Below, one piece after another: positions 34,075 to 47,000 of a DNA stretch of 64,000 nucleotides (position 1 is its first letter; each line of letters opens with the position of its first letter). A model generated the notes under the pieces. The model was not told the origin of the DNA, searched no databases, and was given only the letters and a program-made list of their open reading frames with translations. The position numbers and the translations under genes were made by a program. The DNA lies in the NCBI GenBank assembly GCA_976226885.1, contig OZ320317.1, positions 93,496,001 to 93,560,000 of the forward strand. The letters are read 5' to 3'. This stretch comes from Iphione sp. A-MEVVRFRX5 (taxonomy: Eukaryota).

Positions 34075-35190
34075 GCCTGATGTAAAGATGAATGATTAAC
34101 CACCTGGGTGAGACATTTGCTGTATTTGGCAGTGTTACGAGCATCTGGAGTGCACAAAGAGGTTCCAGTGGTACCAAGACAATCTTGCAACGAAATGGCA
34201 GTCTTTTGGTTATTCTCATTTGTTATCATCACCAGATCTGGTGTGAGAACCACTGTCCCTTCATGAAGCATTGGAATGGGGTGAGGAATATATGTTTTCT
34301 TAAAAGAACATTTCGATACCACAGGCACAATCAATACCCAGAGATTGATAGATGTTCAGCATCTATTTCCACCAGCAAAGAACGCCCAAATGAATGAACA
34401 GTTGCCAAGTGTACCTCATTCACTGTTAGCATGCTCTTGTCAAGTTTATAATCCAATGTGGATTTCAGAGTCATGGCTGGCAACATTTTGTGTTTAGATT
34501 CTTGATTGGAAGAAGTGGTCAAAGACACGGATAAACTTGTTGGTTGACTGGCTACTCCAAAGAGCAATGTATAAGGTCATTTGTTCCTGTGCCCAACTTC
34601 TTCCTTAGAGTTCAGAATCTGATCATAAAGAGTGACAAAAGAATTTTCAACTTGAGCATGAAATGCGTTATCTGCAATCACCAGCTTGCTGTACTCTGTG
34701 GATATTGTTCTCAGTGGATTCTTTACAGATCCTAAATGATAATATACCTCATTCATCTTTGAACTGAGTATGGCTGATTCTGTTCCCCCTACAGTCCAAA
34801 TGCTGTCCCAAGGAACCCCACAACTCCTCCAAAAACACTTTCAAGGCTTCTTTCTACAGTGAGACCACATGACCTGTCACCAGTTGTATAGCAAGATCAT
34901 ACTCCGTTCGATGATATAAGTCTCTCCATGGTCAACCTCTTCATATGAGATGTGAAACCTCTAAGCCCTTACATCAAACTCGGACAACAGATTGTTCTTA
35001 CGGAACAGTGATAGGATATCATCAGTTAGGTTGGTAAGTTTCCATGCATAAGGGACCATGATATGTTGATGATACATGCGAGCAGAACCATAATGCTCCA
35101 GCTCCTCTGGTGTCTTGTAGGTGAGCTGGGCTGGGTGACACTTCAGCCCAGGCAGTTGGCTTTTGAAAACTATCCACCCACCCAGCCCCA
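34075..35190 (-). pseudogene. Degraded class I viral fusion glycoprotein (F/Env-like) ectodomain
   Basis: Joined frames: GWIVFKSQL...QHIMVPYAWKL; VERSLESVFGGVVGFLGTAFGL (cleavage site and fusion-peptide-like); heptad-like stretch; IVPVVSKCSFKKTYIPHPIP...LQDCLGTTGTSLCTP...KCLTQV. Confidence 0.55.
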
Positions 35191-36182
35191 GTCACGCACA
35201 CACATGGTGTCAAAAATTTATATTTGAATATGAGCACAACATGTTGTATATGGGTCTTGTATCTTCAGTCTCTAGAGACTAACAGTGACATTTATCATGT
35301 TGTTATTATGTAATTCCGAGGCAAGTAGACTTACTACTGTTATGATGCTTCAAATAAAGGTCTATATTATATTTGTGGTTACATCAGTTCCTTTAACATT
35401 AGTGTTATATGTTGAACACATTATTTATTTGCGCTATCTACAAAACAGTGCAGTCATAATATTTCATTTTATACCATGTAACCTGTATAATTTGACACGA
35501 GTTTATCTTAAATGGTTATCCTGACATCAGGCTTCCGTTGCCTCAAATAGATATGTAACTGGTACAGTAAGCACATGTTCTAATCTTGTTAAAATTGGTA
35601 GGCTGTGTACTTGGCCTAAGTTACAGTCTAGAAAAACTTCACCGAGTTGAGCATTTATATTATAGATTCTCTGTAATCACGAGGTATAGACTACTCTTAG
35701 ATTGTACAATTCTATTATTACCAAGCTGTTGATTTAGGATCATATGGCCCTGTTAGAATTTATGGCAATATCCTGAATAGGTGAATTCTTTTCACTCTGA
35801 AAAATGTCATTAGATTTTTAAAAATACTCAATGACTTTCTGCAACAGTATTTTGACAATATAGTCGGGGTGGACGTACGAGAGTTTATACAAGTTTCTGA
35901 TAATTTCATTATTGAATGAGACTGCAGAGGTCAGTTCCTCAATCCTTATTTTGATCCTCGGGATCAAATGGCCTGGATCACCGTTGAACCCGGATCAACG
36001 GTCCCGCTGCAAGTTGAGCCTACATCATAAATTTGAAAGTGTGTCAATTCGAATGATGTAGTACCGGTTTACATGGCAACATGTGAACTGGATTTTCATT
36101 GGTCCATGGAATTGAAAGTGTGTCATGACGTCATCCATTTTTCCCGCAGAAACTGTTAGAAGGCGCGGAGAGGATCTTTTCC

Positions 36183-37640
36183 ATGATGGATCCCGAAGAC
36201 AGTAGTAGCACTTCTTCCGACGGGGAACACGGAGATGCTGGAGCCTCGCAGTCTAAGATCAAGAAACGTTCTAAAAATTGGTTCAATGCAGACACAATGT
36301 TATTATTGAGATTGATAGCCGGAACAAATCTTGATTCCGTGGCTCCTCTGGAAGGTGCAGGGGGGAAAGATCGAAAGAAGAAGACTTGGGATGAAGTGAC
36401 AGTGGTGTTCAACAAGTGAGTTTCTTTTTGAAATATTTAGGCTCTTATCAAAAGATTTAATGCGGAATTGGGGACAATTTGGTCCGAAAGTCTTGTGAAT
36501 ATTTTTTCTTATTCAAATATGATAGCCGACATGACGAGGTAATGGAGTTGCGTAATTTTTTTTGATATATTGAGTTGTTGCCGTTGCACTGTCAATCGGC
36601 GCCATATTGTATTTCCGGGCTGTTACAAGAACCTCAAATACTAAGAATGTTTAGTGATTAATTTTTGCTTAATCTGCATACTTTGGTCATGGCATTTTAT
36701 GCCTTACGAAATGTTTTTTGAATTATCTGTGAAAGTTTTGATGCTTTCGGAATTGTGAATTTGTAATCATTGCAAGGCGGGTGTCAATGGTTGGTGCCTG
36801 GATACGTCTCTCTGGTATCGTCGGTGGTGGTGGCCGCAGGCTAGCCCGAGGAGTTATTGTCGCAAGGCCTTTGCAGAAGCCGTTCATTTTGGGTAGTCAT
36901 GGAAATATTACTTGTTTTTTGCCCGTGTGGTACCCTGCTTCTTGCCACATCCCCCCCCCTTGTCCTTGCCATTTTTTTTCCCATGGAAGTATATAGCATG
37001 ATGGTTTAGTGCAGTACAGCAAAATTTATGCCAAGGCCTTTAGTGGCCGTAATATCATAAAACCCTCTACAGCTGACATCAACAGCAACGTTGGGGGTAC
37101 CTGCCCACTAGTAATGGTTATCCCCATTACACTCCTAGTTTGCCTCCTCAATAAAACAGCCTAGACGTGCATTACCAGTTCGTTATGTGGATGTTAAATT
37201 GTTTTTCATGACGAATTTACATTCTGTTTCAAAATGTTTGCATGTTCTGGTTCAAGCGTTGTGGGAATTTCCAATATATTTTTGTGACATATTCCCTCGA
37301 ATATAATGGAATTTCAACTTTGCTAAAGCATTTGTAGGTACCAGCTTGTTTTGGTTACCGCATCCCTTTGATTATGTCATTATTAGCGATATACTTCTTG
37401 GCTTGAAATTGCCATATAAATTCAGAAATACTGAAATTCCATTATTTTCAGATCGGGAATATGAAAATCGGAGGCTTCAGACTGGTACGGGTAGGGTATC
37501 ACCGCCACCACAGGCTGTAGAGGAATACATGAAGATGAAACCCGGGGCAGGGAAAGACTTTCCAGGAGCAGGAGGACCTTATGGGAGTAAGCACAATGCA
37601 ATAGAGCCATTTGTCAATGGTTTTAGTAGACCATGTTGAT
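36183..37640 (+). CDS. Harbinger Myb/SANT-like DNA-binding protein (multi-exon, partial model)
   Basis: Exon 36183-36415 KKRSKNWFNADTMLLLRLI...RKKKTWDEVTVVFNK|gtgag; exon ~37452 RRLQTGTGRVSPPP; further exons uncertain. Confidence 0.7.
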
Positions 37641-40220
37641 ATGCAGCATGGTGTACCTTTCCTATATAATATTATCCATGACTAAGCATTGCATAGCTTG
37701 TCATAATTCAGTTTGTCATACATGGTATCTATCATGCCCACTGATCTATATGCAGTTGAGTAGTTTATCTCTGTAAATTTGCTACTTACTGAAATAAATA
37801 CATGCGTTCTTTACAACATAAATTTTTGATAACCATATTACGCTTTCATCCCCTTTTGCACGATCCATTTGCTTCCGCAAAGTGTTCATAGCCTTGTATG
37901 TTTGTTTCACATGCTTTTTAATTATAGTATTACTCTGTTATGAAGTGTATGGGATATGTTATTGTAAATCTGAGTTCAACTTGCTTGTCACTATGTTCGC
38001 TGTCCTACTTAGAGCTTCGGCCATGTATATACTCTTACCTTACAGAACTACCTGCTGGGATTTGCATCCCCGCTGAGCTGAAGCGTCCCAAGCTTGATAG
38101 TGTAACTGTTCTTGAGGATGACAGCCACTCGGATGAAGGTGATTTAATCCACATTATCATTATTAGCAGCAAGCTTTTGATGTTGCTTTATGTATCTTAT
38201 GACAATATTAACTGGTTTTTTATCAGTCTATTACATGTTAGATGCCCCTTAAAAAGAACCCAATCTAAACTTACACGCAAAAAATAACCAGTCTGGCACG
38301 TGTTTTTTTTTAATTGACCTTTTATTTGTTGAGTAGTGAATAACACAATTTTTGTCCTCTACACTTTGCTGACTGCCGCTAAAAATAAAATGAAATAAAT
38401 AGGCTGTAAATTTGTATCTTTTCTAAATGCTTTGTTACATAAAGTTATTAAAAAAAGACGATATGAGGCAGGAGGACTGTCTTCTCAGACAAGGATTTCA
38501 ACTGAAACACAAAGTGAATGAAGCATATAAGTTCTAGTTTCCACAGGTTTGACATGTATAATAAAGAAGTTTGCACCAAGTAGTAATGGGACATGACAGA
38601 GAATTTGGCAATTAAATATCTATCATTTCTAATCCAGATTGCGTTAATGAAATATTATTTTACTTTGTTCTACTTTGTTTAGTTGCCTGCGGGAGACCCT
38701 TGAAATGGTCGAAAGCTTGCAAGCTTGCAGGAGCAGTAACGGTTCTATACTGATTAAAGCCATTGTTTGTTGGAATTCCGGTGTAGGGCTTCCTTCCACA
38801 TAGCTTTCTGTTCTACATTATTTTTGGTTGCAAACCAACAAGAAGTCAACAAACTTACAACAAACATAACCTTATTAACAAAGCCTTAAAATATGCAGGA
38901 CCCATTCACAGGAGTACGTTTTAGGTCATGATCCTCCAGCTTTTGCTCGCCTTGATTGTCTGAGCTCCCTAATAAGAATAAATTGAATACGGACTTATTA
39001 AGTGTGTGTGGTATGATAATTGCAAAATAAACAGGAAAACAAAAACTCGCAACATTTGCAAGTTGTAAAAAAAAAACAAGTGAACATGATCTTTAAACAT
39101 GTTATGGTTTCTATGTTACTGACCACTGACAGTATTATTGCCCATTCCATCTGGCACTGTGGAAGAATAGATGTCACGATTATACAGTCTTACATTGAGT
39201 AAGGTCACTTTTTCTTGGAGTGATAGAAATTGCTCTTTCCATATGGTGTTACATCTTACTTGTTCAATAGCTTACTTACGTGAACGCATCTTGGAAACAC
39301 AGGACCCTGAAGAAGAGAGAATGTGTTATTGTTATCATATGTTTGCTTTGATTTTTTGTTTTCTATACAACCCATTCGGGTTTTTCGAAGAATGCATGTT
39401 TTTTTATCTGCACATATAGTAGGTGCAATGGAAGTTGCCCACTGTAAAACTATTCCCTGGTAACATAAGCATTGTAGTTTTTTTAAGTAGCTTACAATCA
39501 AGAGACTTACCACGTATGTCCTGTAGCTGTGGCGAGCCAATGGAAGAATCCCACCCAAATAGAACTGGGACAACGGATGCACCCATGAACAGGTTCTACA
39601 CCTGTAGATAAATGCTTCAAAAAGAAAAAAGTAGTGATTGCAGTCAATTATCCCAGGATGTTTTTACATCTTTTTTGCATTTGGTCTGAACATTCATTTC
39701 GGATATTACAGATGTTGCTTAATTGTGATAAATGGTAAGCAGACAACATTGATAATTACTCACTTGTTATTACTCTCAGGTGCAGTGCCGTCAGCTGGAA
39801 AAGAAATGAATAAAACTTCAGGTCAGTGCCCCTACCACAGTATCACATAGCCATTTTTTTTGGACCTATCATTCTGCCTGCATTTGTTTAGTGGATGTTT
39901 CTGAAAAGTCACACACCATACTTAGTGATGAAAATCTGTGAATATCTCATAAATGTATACTTGTATGAATTACATCGTGGCATAATAATTTGAAACATTT
40001 GTTAGATGCTCTATACATGCAGCCCACTTACCGGTCTGTCCATGCCGGAATATTTTTTTCTTTGCGTGATGACCTCATTGGATATCTGTGAATTGAATGT
40101 TACATTAAACACACCTTTTTGCAATACATGTGAACAGTATTCCAGGCTATATATTTTGCATATTATTTTCTAATCTAATATGATCACGTTCTTTCAGCTA
40201 AAAAGGATAAATGCACATTT

Positions 40221-40390
40221 CATTCTCTGTTTAAAAAATACGAATCATTGCAGTGTATATGACATATTCGACTTTGCGCAAAAATGGTTAGACGTATGTC
40301 ATTCTCTCTGTTGTAAAGATGCAAATCATTGTTGTGTATATGACATATTCGACTTTGCGCAAAAAAGTTAGACATACGTCATGTTCTCTG
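40221..40390. repeat. ~81-bp tandem duplication
   Basis: aatcattg..gtgtatatgacatattcgactttgcgcaaaaa at 40243 and 40324. Confidence 0.75.
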
Positions 40391-41410
40391 CAATGTATAC
40401 AAAATTGCAAGCATCCTCCATCTGAAACAAGTTGTGCGGTGCCTGTATGTGTATCTTTATAGTACTACCTGCAATGGCATATAGTTTGTTGTTTGATGTT
40501 TCGTATAGAGAAAAGAAGTATTTGTTAGATGTTCAAGATTAAAGTGTGCTTACCAAAAGAAAGTATAGAAATGGCCAGAATAATATCATACATTTCCAGC
40601 ATGCACTTCAAATGCAATAGTCTACCATGCAATATATTGTCCTTCCATACATATGGTGAGTGGTTTTGATGTGACAGACACAAGGAACTGAAACTATGCA
40701 CAAAATGTAAGTCATTACCTACATGCATCACAAACAACAATTAGGTTACTAATACACAGATAGCAGTTTAGCATATGGAAGCGCAAGTCCATTTACTCTG
40801 TATGACATTGAGTGTATTGGAAGGACAAATCAATTGCCAAGACAGCTTGAATGCTTCAATAACTCCAAGAAGCATATAAAAGGTTATGTCCATCCTTAGT
40901 AGGTCAAATTTCTGGCATACATCCACATTCCTGTGACAACCCCACATACACAATGCAATACACAGTCTCTCCTATCGTAATTGCTTCATGTTATCTGGAT
41001 TCAATGTTGTTGTTTAATGATCTTGGTGTTATTGGTAAAAATTTATGCACTACAATATGTTTACTTGTTGATAATACTTTAGAACCTTAAATGCAATAGG
41101 TGGTAAGAGAGGACAAAATAATTCCACAATACCTTAAGGACATCTTTGCAGTATGGGGATACATACCCAAGCAGGACAAATCTAATGGGTCTTATTACAT
41201 ATTACCAGTGGATTATTGCTTTATTTTAAAAGGATGCAAATATGTTATGTAAGTGTCAATTAAGGGGTGCAGTCACAATTATTTTAACAAACGAATGTGC
41301 TAACTGAAATGCTAGCACTATGTACGGGAATTGTCTGCACCACAATTTGAATATTGTGGTTGTATACACTCAATGGTGGTGAAAAAAGTGTCGGCTATTG
41401 GAGACTACGC

Positions 41411-44400
41411 TCATCTCATCTCCCAGAATAAACGGCGAGAGAAGTACCTCCTCGCAAAGAATCCATGGTAGTGAAGCCCAGTCAGATTGTCATCCACGTC
41501 ATCACCAGCCACATAAGGGGGTGCTTCATGTTCCTCAATTTCATCAATGTCATTTACTTCAATTGCAGGGTTGTGAAGTACAGCACAAGCAGCAATCATT
41601 GATGATGCCCTCTTGGGACGGTAGTGAATGGTCTGCCGTAGACATTGGAACCGCTGTTTGATAACCCCAATGGTATGCTCAATTCTCACTCTGGTTTGTC
41701 GGTGTGCATTCTGGTAGCGGCGTTGGTGACGCTGGGTTGTTTCTCGGTAAGGTGTTAGCAGATGCAGACCGGCCGGGTAACCATCTTCACTGAGAATGTG
41801 ACCAGATACATCAACTGTGCAAAAGGAAATCCGCGACATCAATTGAAGAGTGTTCACACATGAAGCTGCATTAATTTGGGTATCTGTCAATATGAAGTTT
41901 ATTTAATTAACATGAACGGCAATGTTATGTTACTCACGATTAGGCAGATATTTCAAAGCAAGAGAACTGTTGCGGAAAATCCGGGCATCGTGTGTACTGC
42001 CCGGCCAGGATGCGACCAGATTGCGGATGCGTCGTTTGTAATCACATACCACCTACAAAACAGTTGTAGCAATTATTCAAAACTACTGCATCATTAAACA
42101 CATATATCACGTTCTCACAATCACATGGTGACATTCTCAGAAGGGCACGGTGCACCAAAGCAGAGCGGTAGTATCGAGACCAAAGAACTTTCATTCACAG
42201 CAGAATTGTAATTGTATTGATTATTGGTATATTTAACATTGTCATAATATTTTTCATTATTTTACCCCTATGCGGGGATACTGTCAGAGGACAGAGGACA
42301 ACTGTATCACCTTGATTGCTGAACCAATCCCATGTACTTTATTCCATGAGAGAGAGGAGTACAATTAAGAGAATACGTAGACACTGCTCTGACATAACCG
42401 GTCGCACGAGCTCACCCTGCCTGCGCATACTAACCGCACCTGCAGGGTGCGGGCTCGGTCTGTACGCGCAAGCAGGGTGAGCTCGTGCAACTGGTTATGT
42501 CGGAGCAGTGTCTACGTATTCTCCTAATACACATCCACTTGAGTTGTCGATATTAGCTTGATGAAATCTCATTGACCTTTCCTTACAAAAACGGCAGAGT
42601 ACATAAGGTTAATACAAGGAGAAAAAGACAACTAAGTCCGTGCCTGTACAGTATGCATTTTCCAAATCCAATAATTTACATGATTCTCTTTATGAAATTA
42701 GCTTTGAAATGATATACTTTCAACCTTAACACATTTTGATTAATTACATTCTAAATTTAATTATACATGTTGTATTTGCAAACCTTGCTGACAGCATACC
42801 CCACATATTTACATTACATACATAGCATGAGAACCCACCTGAACATTTATTGCATAGTGATGATGTCTGTTCCAAAATTCAGCAGGATTTTCCACAGGTT
42901 GCTTTATATTCACAAAGGTGCCGTCTACCATTCCAATAATCTCTGGAAAACCTTCGGATATTTAAAAGTAGCAAATGTATAATTCAATGTGTGGTTATGT
43001 GATTTACTGTTCATATGAAGTCATAATGATTCAATTTATACGAAATTAGCATATGATATACTTTACTCAACTAGCAGCAAAATATTTGTCCTAGTTCCAT
43101 TCTTGTACAACTTTGGTCTCTCTTAATATTTATTCACATTAAGTAGGTGTGCTATGAAGCAAATGAAAGGCCACAAGTTGATGGTACTCGTTTTTAAACT
43201 AGCGCAGATTGCAGGTTTTTAACTAACTCGGCTTGTGTATCCGTTTTTGTAAAGGCAGACCTCCACATGCAGGAAGACAAAATACCGTGAAATTAGGGTC
43301 CTTCATGTGTTAAATCACAGTTATGTCACATGGATATTGGTGAAAAGTGTTACCAGCCATTCGCTTGAAACCAGCCTTCATTTCCGGAAATTCATCAGGC
43401 TGTGGCATTCGAATGAATCTGTCAAATAGTACTTCGTAGATTATGTATGCTACCCTATGAACGGTACGGCACACAGAAGACTTGGTTATGCGAAATATGT
43501 CTCCGACATCCCTCTGCATCGCGCCTATCAAAAATGGAAATATACCAACACGAGAGTGGTTGTTCAAATTTCAAATGAATTAAAAAAACTACTTCATTAA
43601 ATCAGTAGGGGGGTCATTAAACAGTTTACAAAACTCCATGAACTATCCGACACACGATTTGAAGGAACATAATTAGACTTGAAAAAAAAGACGAAAAGAC
43701 AAGTTCACTGCTGGGCAGGAACTGAGGGCGATACAAGTCAAGGTTCATCTCTGCGACTGCAAAGGATGGTCAACTACAGCAAGCAGAGCATCTGAGATTT
43801 ATGGCCAGACATTGCAGTTCAGGAGGTAGGTGCAAAGGTAGGTAGGAAGTATAGCATCTTTTGGAGGGCAATCCAATTTACACGTATTTATGAAAGTTCG
43901 TTGAGGATAGCTTGAAAATGTGGTAAATTGTATAAATGATTTAAAGTGCAATTTTACAAGCCAAATGAAATGTTCAAATAAGCCCCAATAGTGTCAATTT
44001 TTGATGCATTACTAGTGACATCTAGTGGATACTTTGGTACTAAAAACAAAACAGCAGACGGCATTTGAAACGTTCTTAAAAAGACGTCATCTAGTCAAAA
44101 ATCGCGTATCAAATTTAAAATTAGTACAGTGGTGCATAATTAGAACCTACCAGTAGCTAAAAACCTCAGTAATATCAGGAATTGAATGAGAGGAGGGAAA
44201 GAGAAGCTCTTCGGTTCCTTTGCAGTCGGTCGGCTATCATGTTTAAAATGTACATGATAGAATCTGGACGGAACCTATATCGATCCTTGATTTCTTTTGC
44301 TGTTTGCATCTCCAATGGGTTCAGAGGGTCAACCATTCTACGTGGGCACTGTCTACGAGGGTAATATCGCCGCAGTAATTGTTGAATGGGGAAAATCTCA

Positions 44401-44438
44401 TCGTCGTCAGAGGAGGAGGAAGACAAATCCATTTTCAA
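41411..44438 (-). pseudogene. Harbinger (HARBI1-like) transposase, 5 exons
   Basis: Exons 44151-44438 (RYRF...LRFLATG, frameshift), 43354-43524, 42839-42951 (GMVDGT...NR...INVQ), 41938-42052 (WPGSTHDARIF), 41411-41814 (DGYP...IEHTIGVIKQRFQCL...ACAVLHN); GT-AG junctions with compatible phases. Confidence 0.88.
42369..42523. mobile_element. 155-bp hairpin MITE in a Harbinger intron
   Basis: ~60-bp near-perfect inverted arms starting GAGAATACGTAGACACTGCTC; flanked by TTAA (left) and CTAA (right). Confidence 0.75.
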
Positions 44439-44599
44439 AGTGGGAAGTAGATCAATTTGAACCTACCGGGTAGAAGGCTCAACTTGAACTGGGCTCAAGG
44501 CGATTGAGGAACTGGAATATTGGGATCAGGCTCAATTTCATGGTCAAGATCTACAGTCCATGGATCAACTCTATTGAGGAACCACTCCCATTTATTCTT

Positions 44600-45350
44600 T
44601 GAACTATGATTCTTACAGAAGCAGTTTTCATGGTCTGCTCTGTCTCTTCTGGCTGCAGTTGGGTACTGACCCTTTGAATGGAGGAACGTTTACTCTGACA
44701 CCAGATGGTAATATATCTTTTATGTCAGACCCCCTGTCAGCCATGACATTATCACCAAAGTCCAGGTGCTTCAAAACACCACATTCTTTAGTAATAGTTT
44801 TGTCTGTCACTTGCCCACCCTACAGGTTAGAAATAAAGTAACTCTTCCATTTGGAGTTACACCAATAAGAAATTTGAGTGTATTGTGATGTTCATAGCAA
44901 CTCGTTTAAGACTGGGCCTCTAAAGAAGTGGCTTCCCAAAAATTTCTCTGCAATCACTTCTGACATGTGTTGTCAGAAAATTATGAAACTGTTCAGGAAA
45001 CAGAACGCACCTGCTCATGTGAAGGAAACTCATTAAGCTCTGAAAGTTCATAGTACAGAAAATTAATCAATGTCCTAAAACTTCTAGACAAATAGGAGGG
45101 AAAAATCATAAATCTGTCAGCAATATCCTCAACAAAACGTCCAACCCTCAGGTGCACTAACACCAACAAAAGTTCATCAAGGGAAGAAAATTTCCTTTTT
45201 CTCCCTGGTTTTTATCTGTCTTGGGATTGATAAAGCATTTGGTCAGGAGTACACTCAAACTTACTTTTCCAGTATTGAGGTTTCCCCACCTTTGGCTGCA
45301 AATGAGAGAAAACTATCACCAAGGTGTTGTAGTTTTGGAAACCTGTGTAA
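44600..45350 (-). pseudogene. ISL2EU-type transposase remnant 2
   Basis: LLLVLVHLRVG...DIADRF...HHNTLKFLIGVTPNG...TDKTITKECG...VMADRGSDI...VNVPPF. Confidence 0.8.
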
Positions 45351-46287
45351 AATTGAGCAGCTTCATTGTCACCCTTAATGCAGTCCAATGAGAATGCTTT
45401 CTCTTTGTAATTGGATAGTTCAGAAAGAGCACTATTTAATTTGTTATTTGCATCATACAGATCACTTTTGGTTTAGTATAATCTTTCCTGGAAAACTTCT
45501 CATGCTTGCCCATAAGCAGGTATCTCTGCACGTAATGTACTTATTCTTGACTGAAAAGCATAGGAATGCTCACAGTGGTCAAATACACTCTTTTTCATTT
45601 CCAGAGAAGTACATGTTCCTGTGGTACACATAACAGGTGGTGCCTCCAGGGGAACTTGAACAAAAAGTCCAGTCAGTGGATCAACCAGAGAAAGAATTGG
45701 AGCACATGTACAAATATTCACCTGCACCACCTGGTCACAAGTGTCCTGATATTTTGGGTCAGTGAAAGTGCATTATCATTAAGAATTATAGATCTACCTT
45801 TTTTTAAGGCAATGCATAGCATTTCTTTAGTAGCGTACCATCCCTCTTCCATTCCTTGAAATGGCTGACTTTCCATGACAAGAATATAACCAATGAACGA
45901 ACACAGTTCCTTGCATGCATGTTATTACTCTTTATTTAGCTTTTAAGGTAAAATACATGTCTTGTTTATAATGTCTTCCTAACAAATCTTGTTTCTTTTC
46001 TGAATAAATTTTTGATTAGCTAGTGCCGTAGTCTAAAGATTCCATGATCACTCAATCTGTCCGAGTAGGTCAACTGTAGAGGGAATTGGGAATGATTAGT
46101 ATGTGCTAAAGTAACAAATAGAGGAAAAAGGAAACTTCCAACGTATCTTTTTATGTGTATGATTGTCCATTAATTGGGTAATTACACTACAGAAATTGAT
46201 GCACTGGATTATAAAGTTACAATAATTAAAACATCATATTAGATGTCATTAACAGCTAGCTATCATGGTTTCATCACAGTCTGTTCG

Positions 46288-47000
46288 TCACAGTAACTGG
46301 AACCGATGATTGTAAAAAATTATGTACATGTGCACGACCACAGGTGGTACATTTAATTTGAGGCCCCATGATTCAACTTCTGTGTGGATCAGAAATCCCT
46401 TGTCCGCCATTAAGGCATCGCCGGTCTGCACATATCCTGCCTCGATTAAGTTGGCCAAGAACTGGTACAACTTTGATTGCTTTGCCACCTCCTTGTCTGA
46501 CATGGCTCCGGTAAAGAGAGGTGAAATGTATATGACACATCCCCTTGGATCGCTAATCACCAAGCCTTTCAGTGTTGTTGTGCCTTTGTACTCAGAGAAG
46601 CAATGGCTCTGCAGAATTAGTGAGCTTGGTCTTTTAATCTTAATTCCGTGCAATCTAAGATTGCAAGAGTTGTAGGGTATATCTCTCGGAAAGACCTCGG
46701 CATAGCATCGATGATTTCAGATCTATCAGGCCATAAGGGAACAGACACCGATTGATAAAACATCAAGTTTATCCATGTATTGAAAATGATGGAAATATCC
46801 TGGGGCATTATGTTGAACAGAAAGGCCAGATCATTGAATTGCAACACCTCTTCTTAGTTTGATGAGAACCATCTGGTGTTATTTTTGGGCCACGTAGTTT
46901 GTCCCAAGATTGCGGGCGCAATGTGCATGATGTGATCTGGTATGTAAACCAGACCAGCATCAATCCAATTTCATAGGCTGAATACCAGCTCGACGAAATG
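46288..47000 (-). pseudogene. ISL2EU-type transposase remnant 3
   Basis: DLAFLFNI...TWINLMF...WP...ILDCTEL...FSEYKGTTTLKGLVISDPRG...GAMSDKEV...MADKGFLI...LNVPP. Confidence 0.85.

Larger units (their letters stand above)
35930..44585. mobile_element. Harbinger/PIF element, ~8.6 kb, convergent Myb/SANT (+) and transposase (-) genes
   Basis: Inverted terminal motifs GTTCCTCAAT(N4-7)TTGATCC at 35935 and ~44583, a 13-bp inverted match 35932-44/44502-14, shared subterminal CAAGTTGAGCC; both canonical genes inside. Confidence 0.8.

Noticed and set aside
33942-35172. ~70-bp direct repeats flanking the env pseudogene as LTRs
   Set aside because: No TG...CA ends, PBS or PPT, and the repeat is itself env coding sequence
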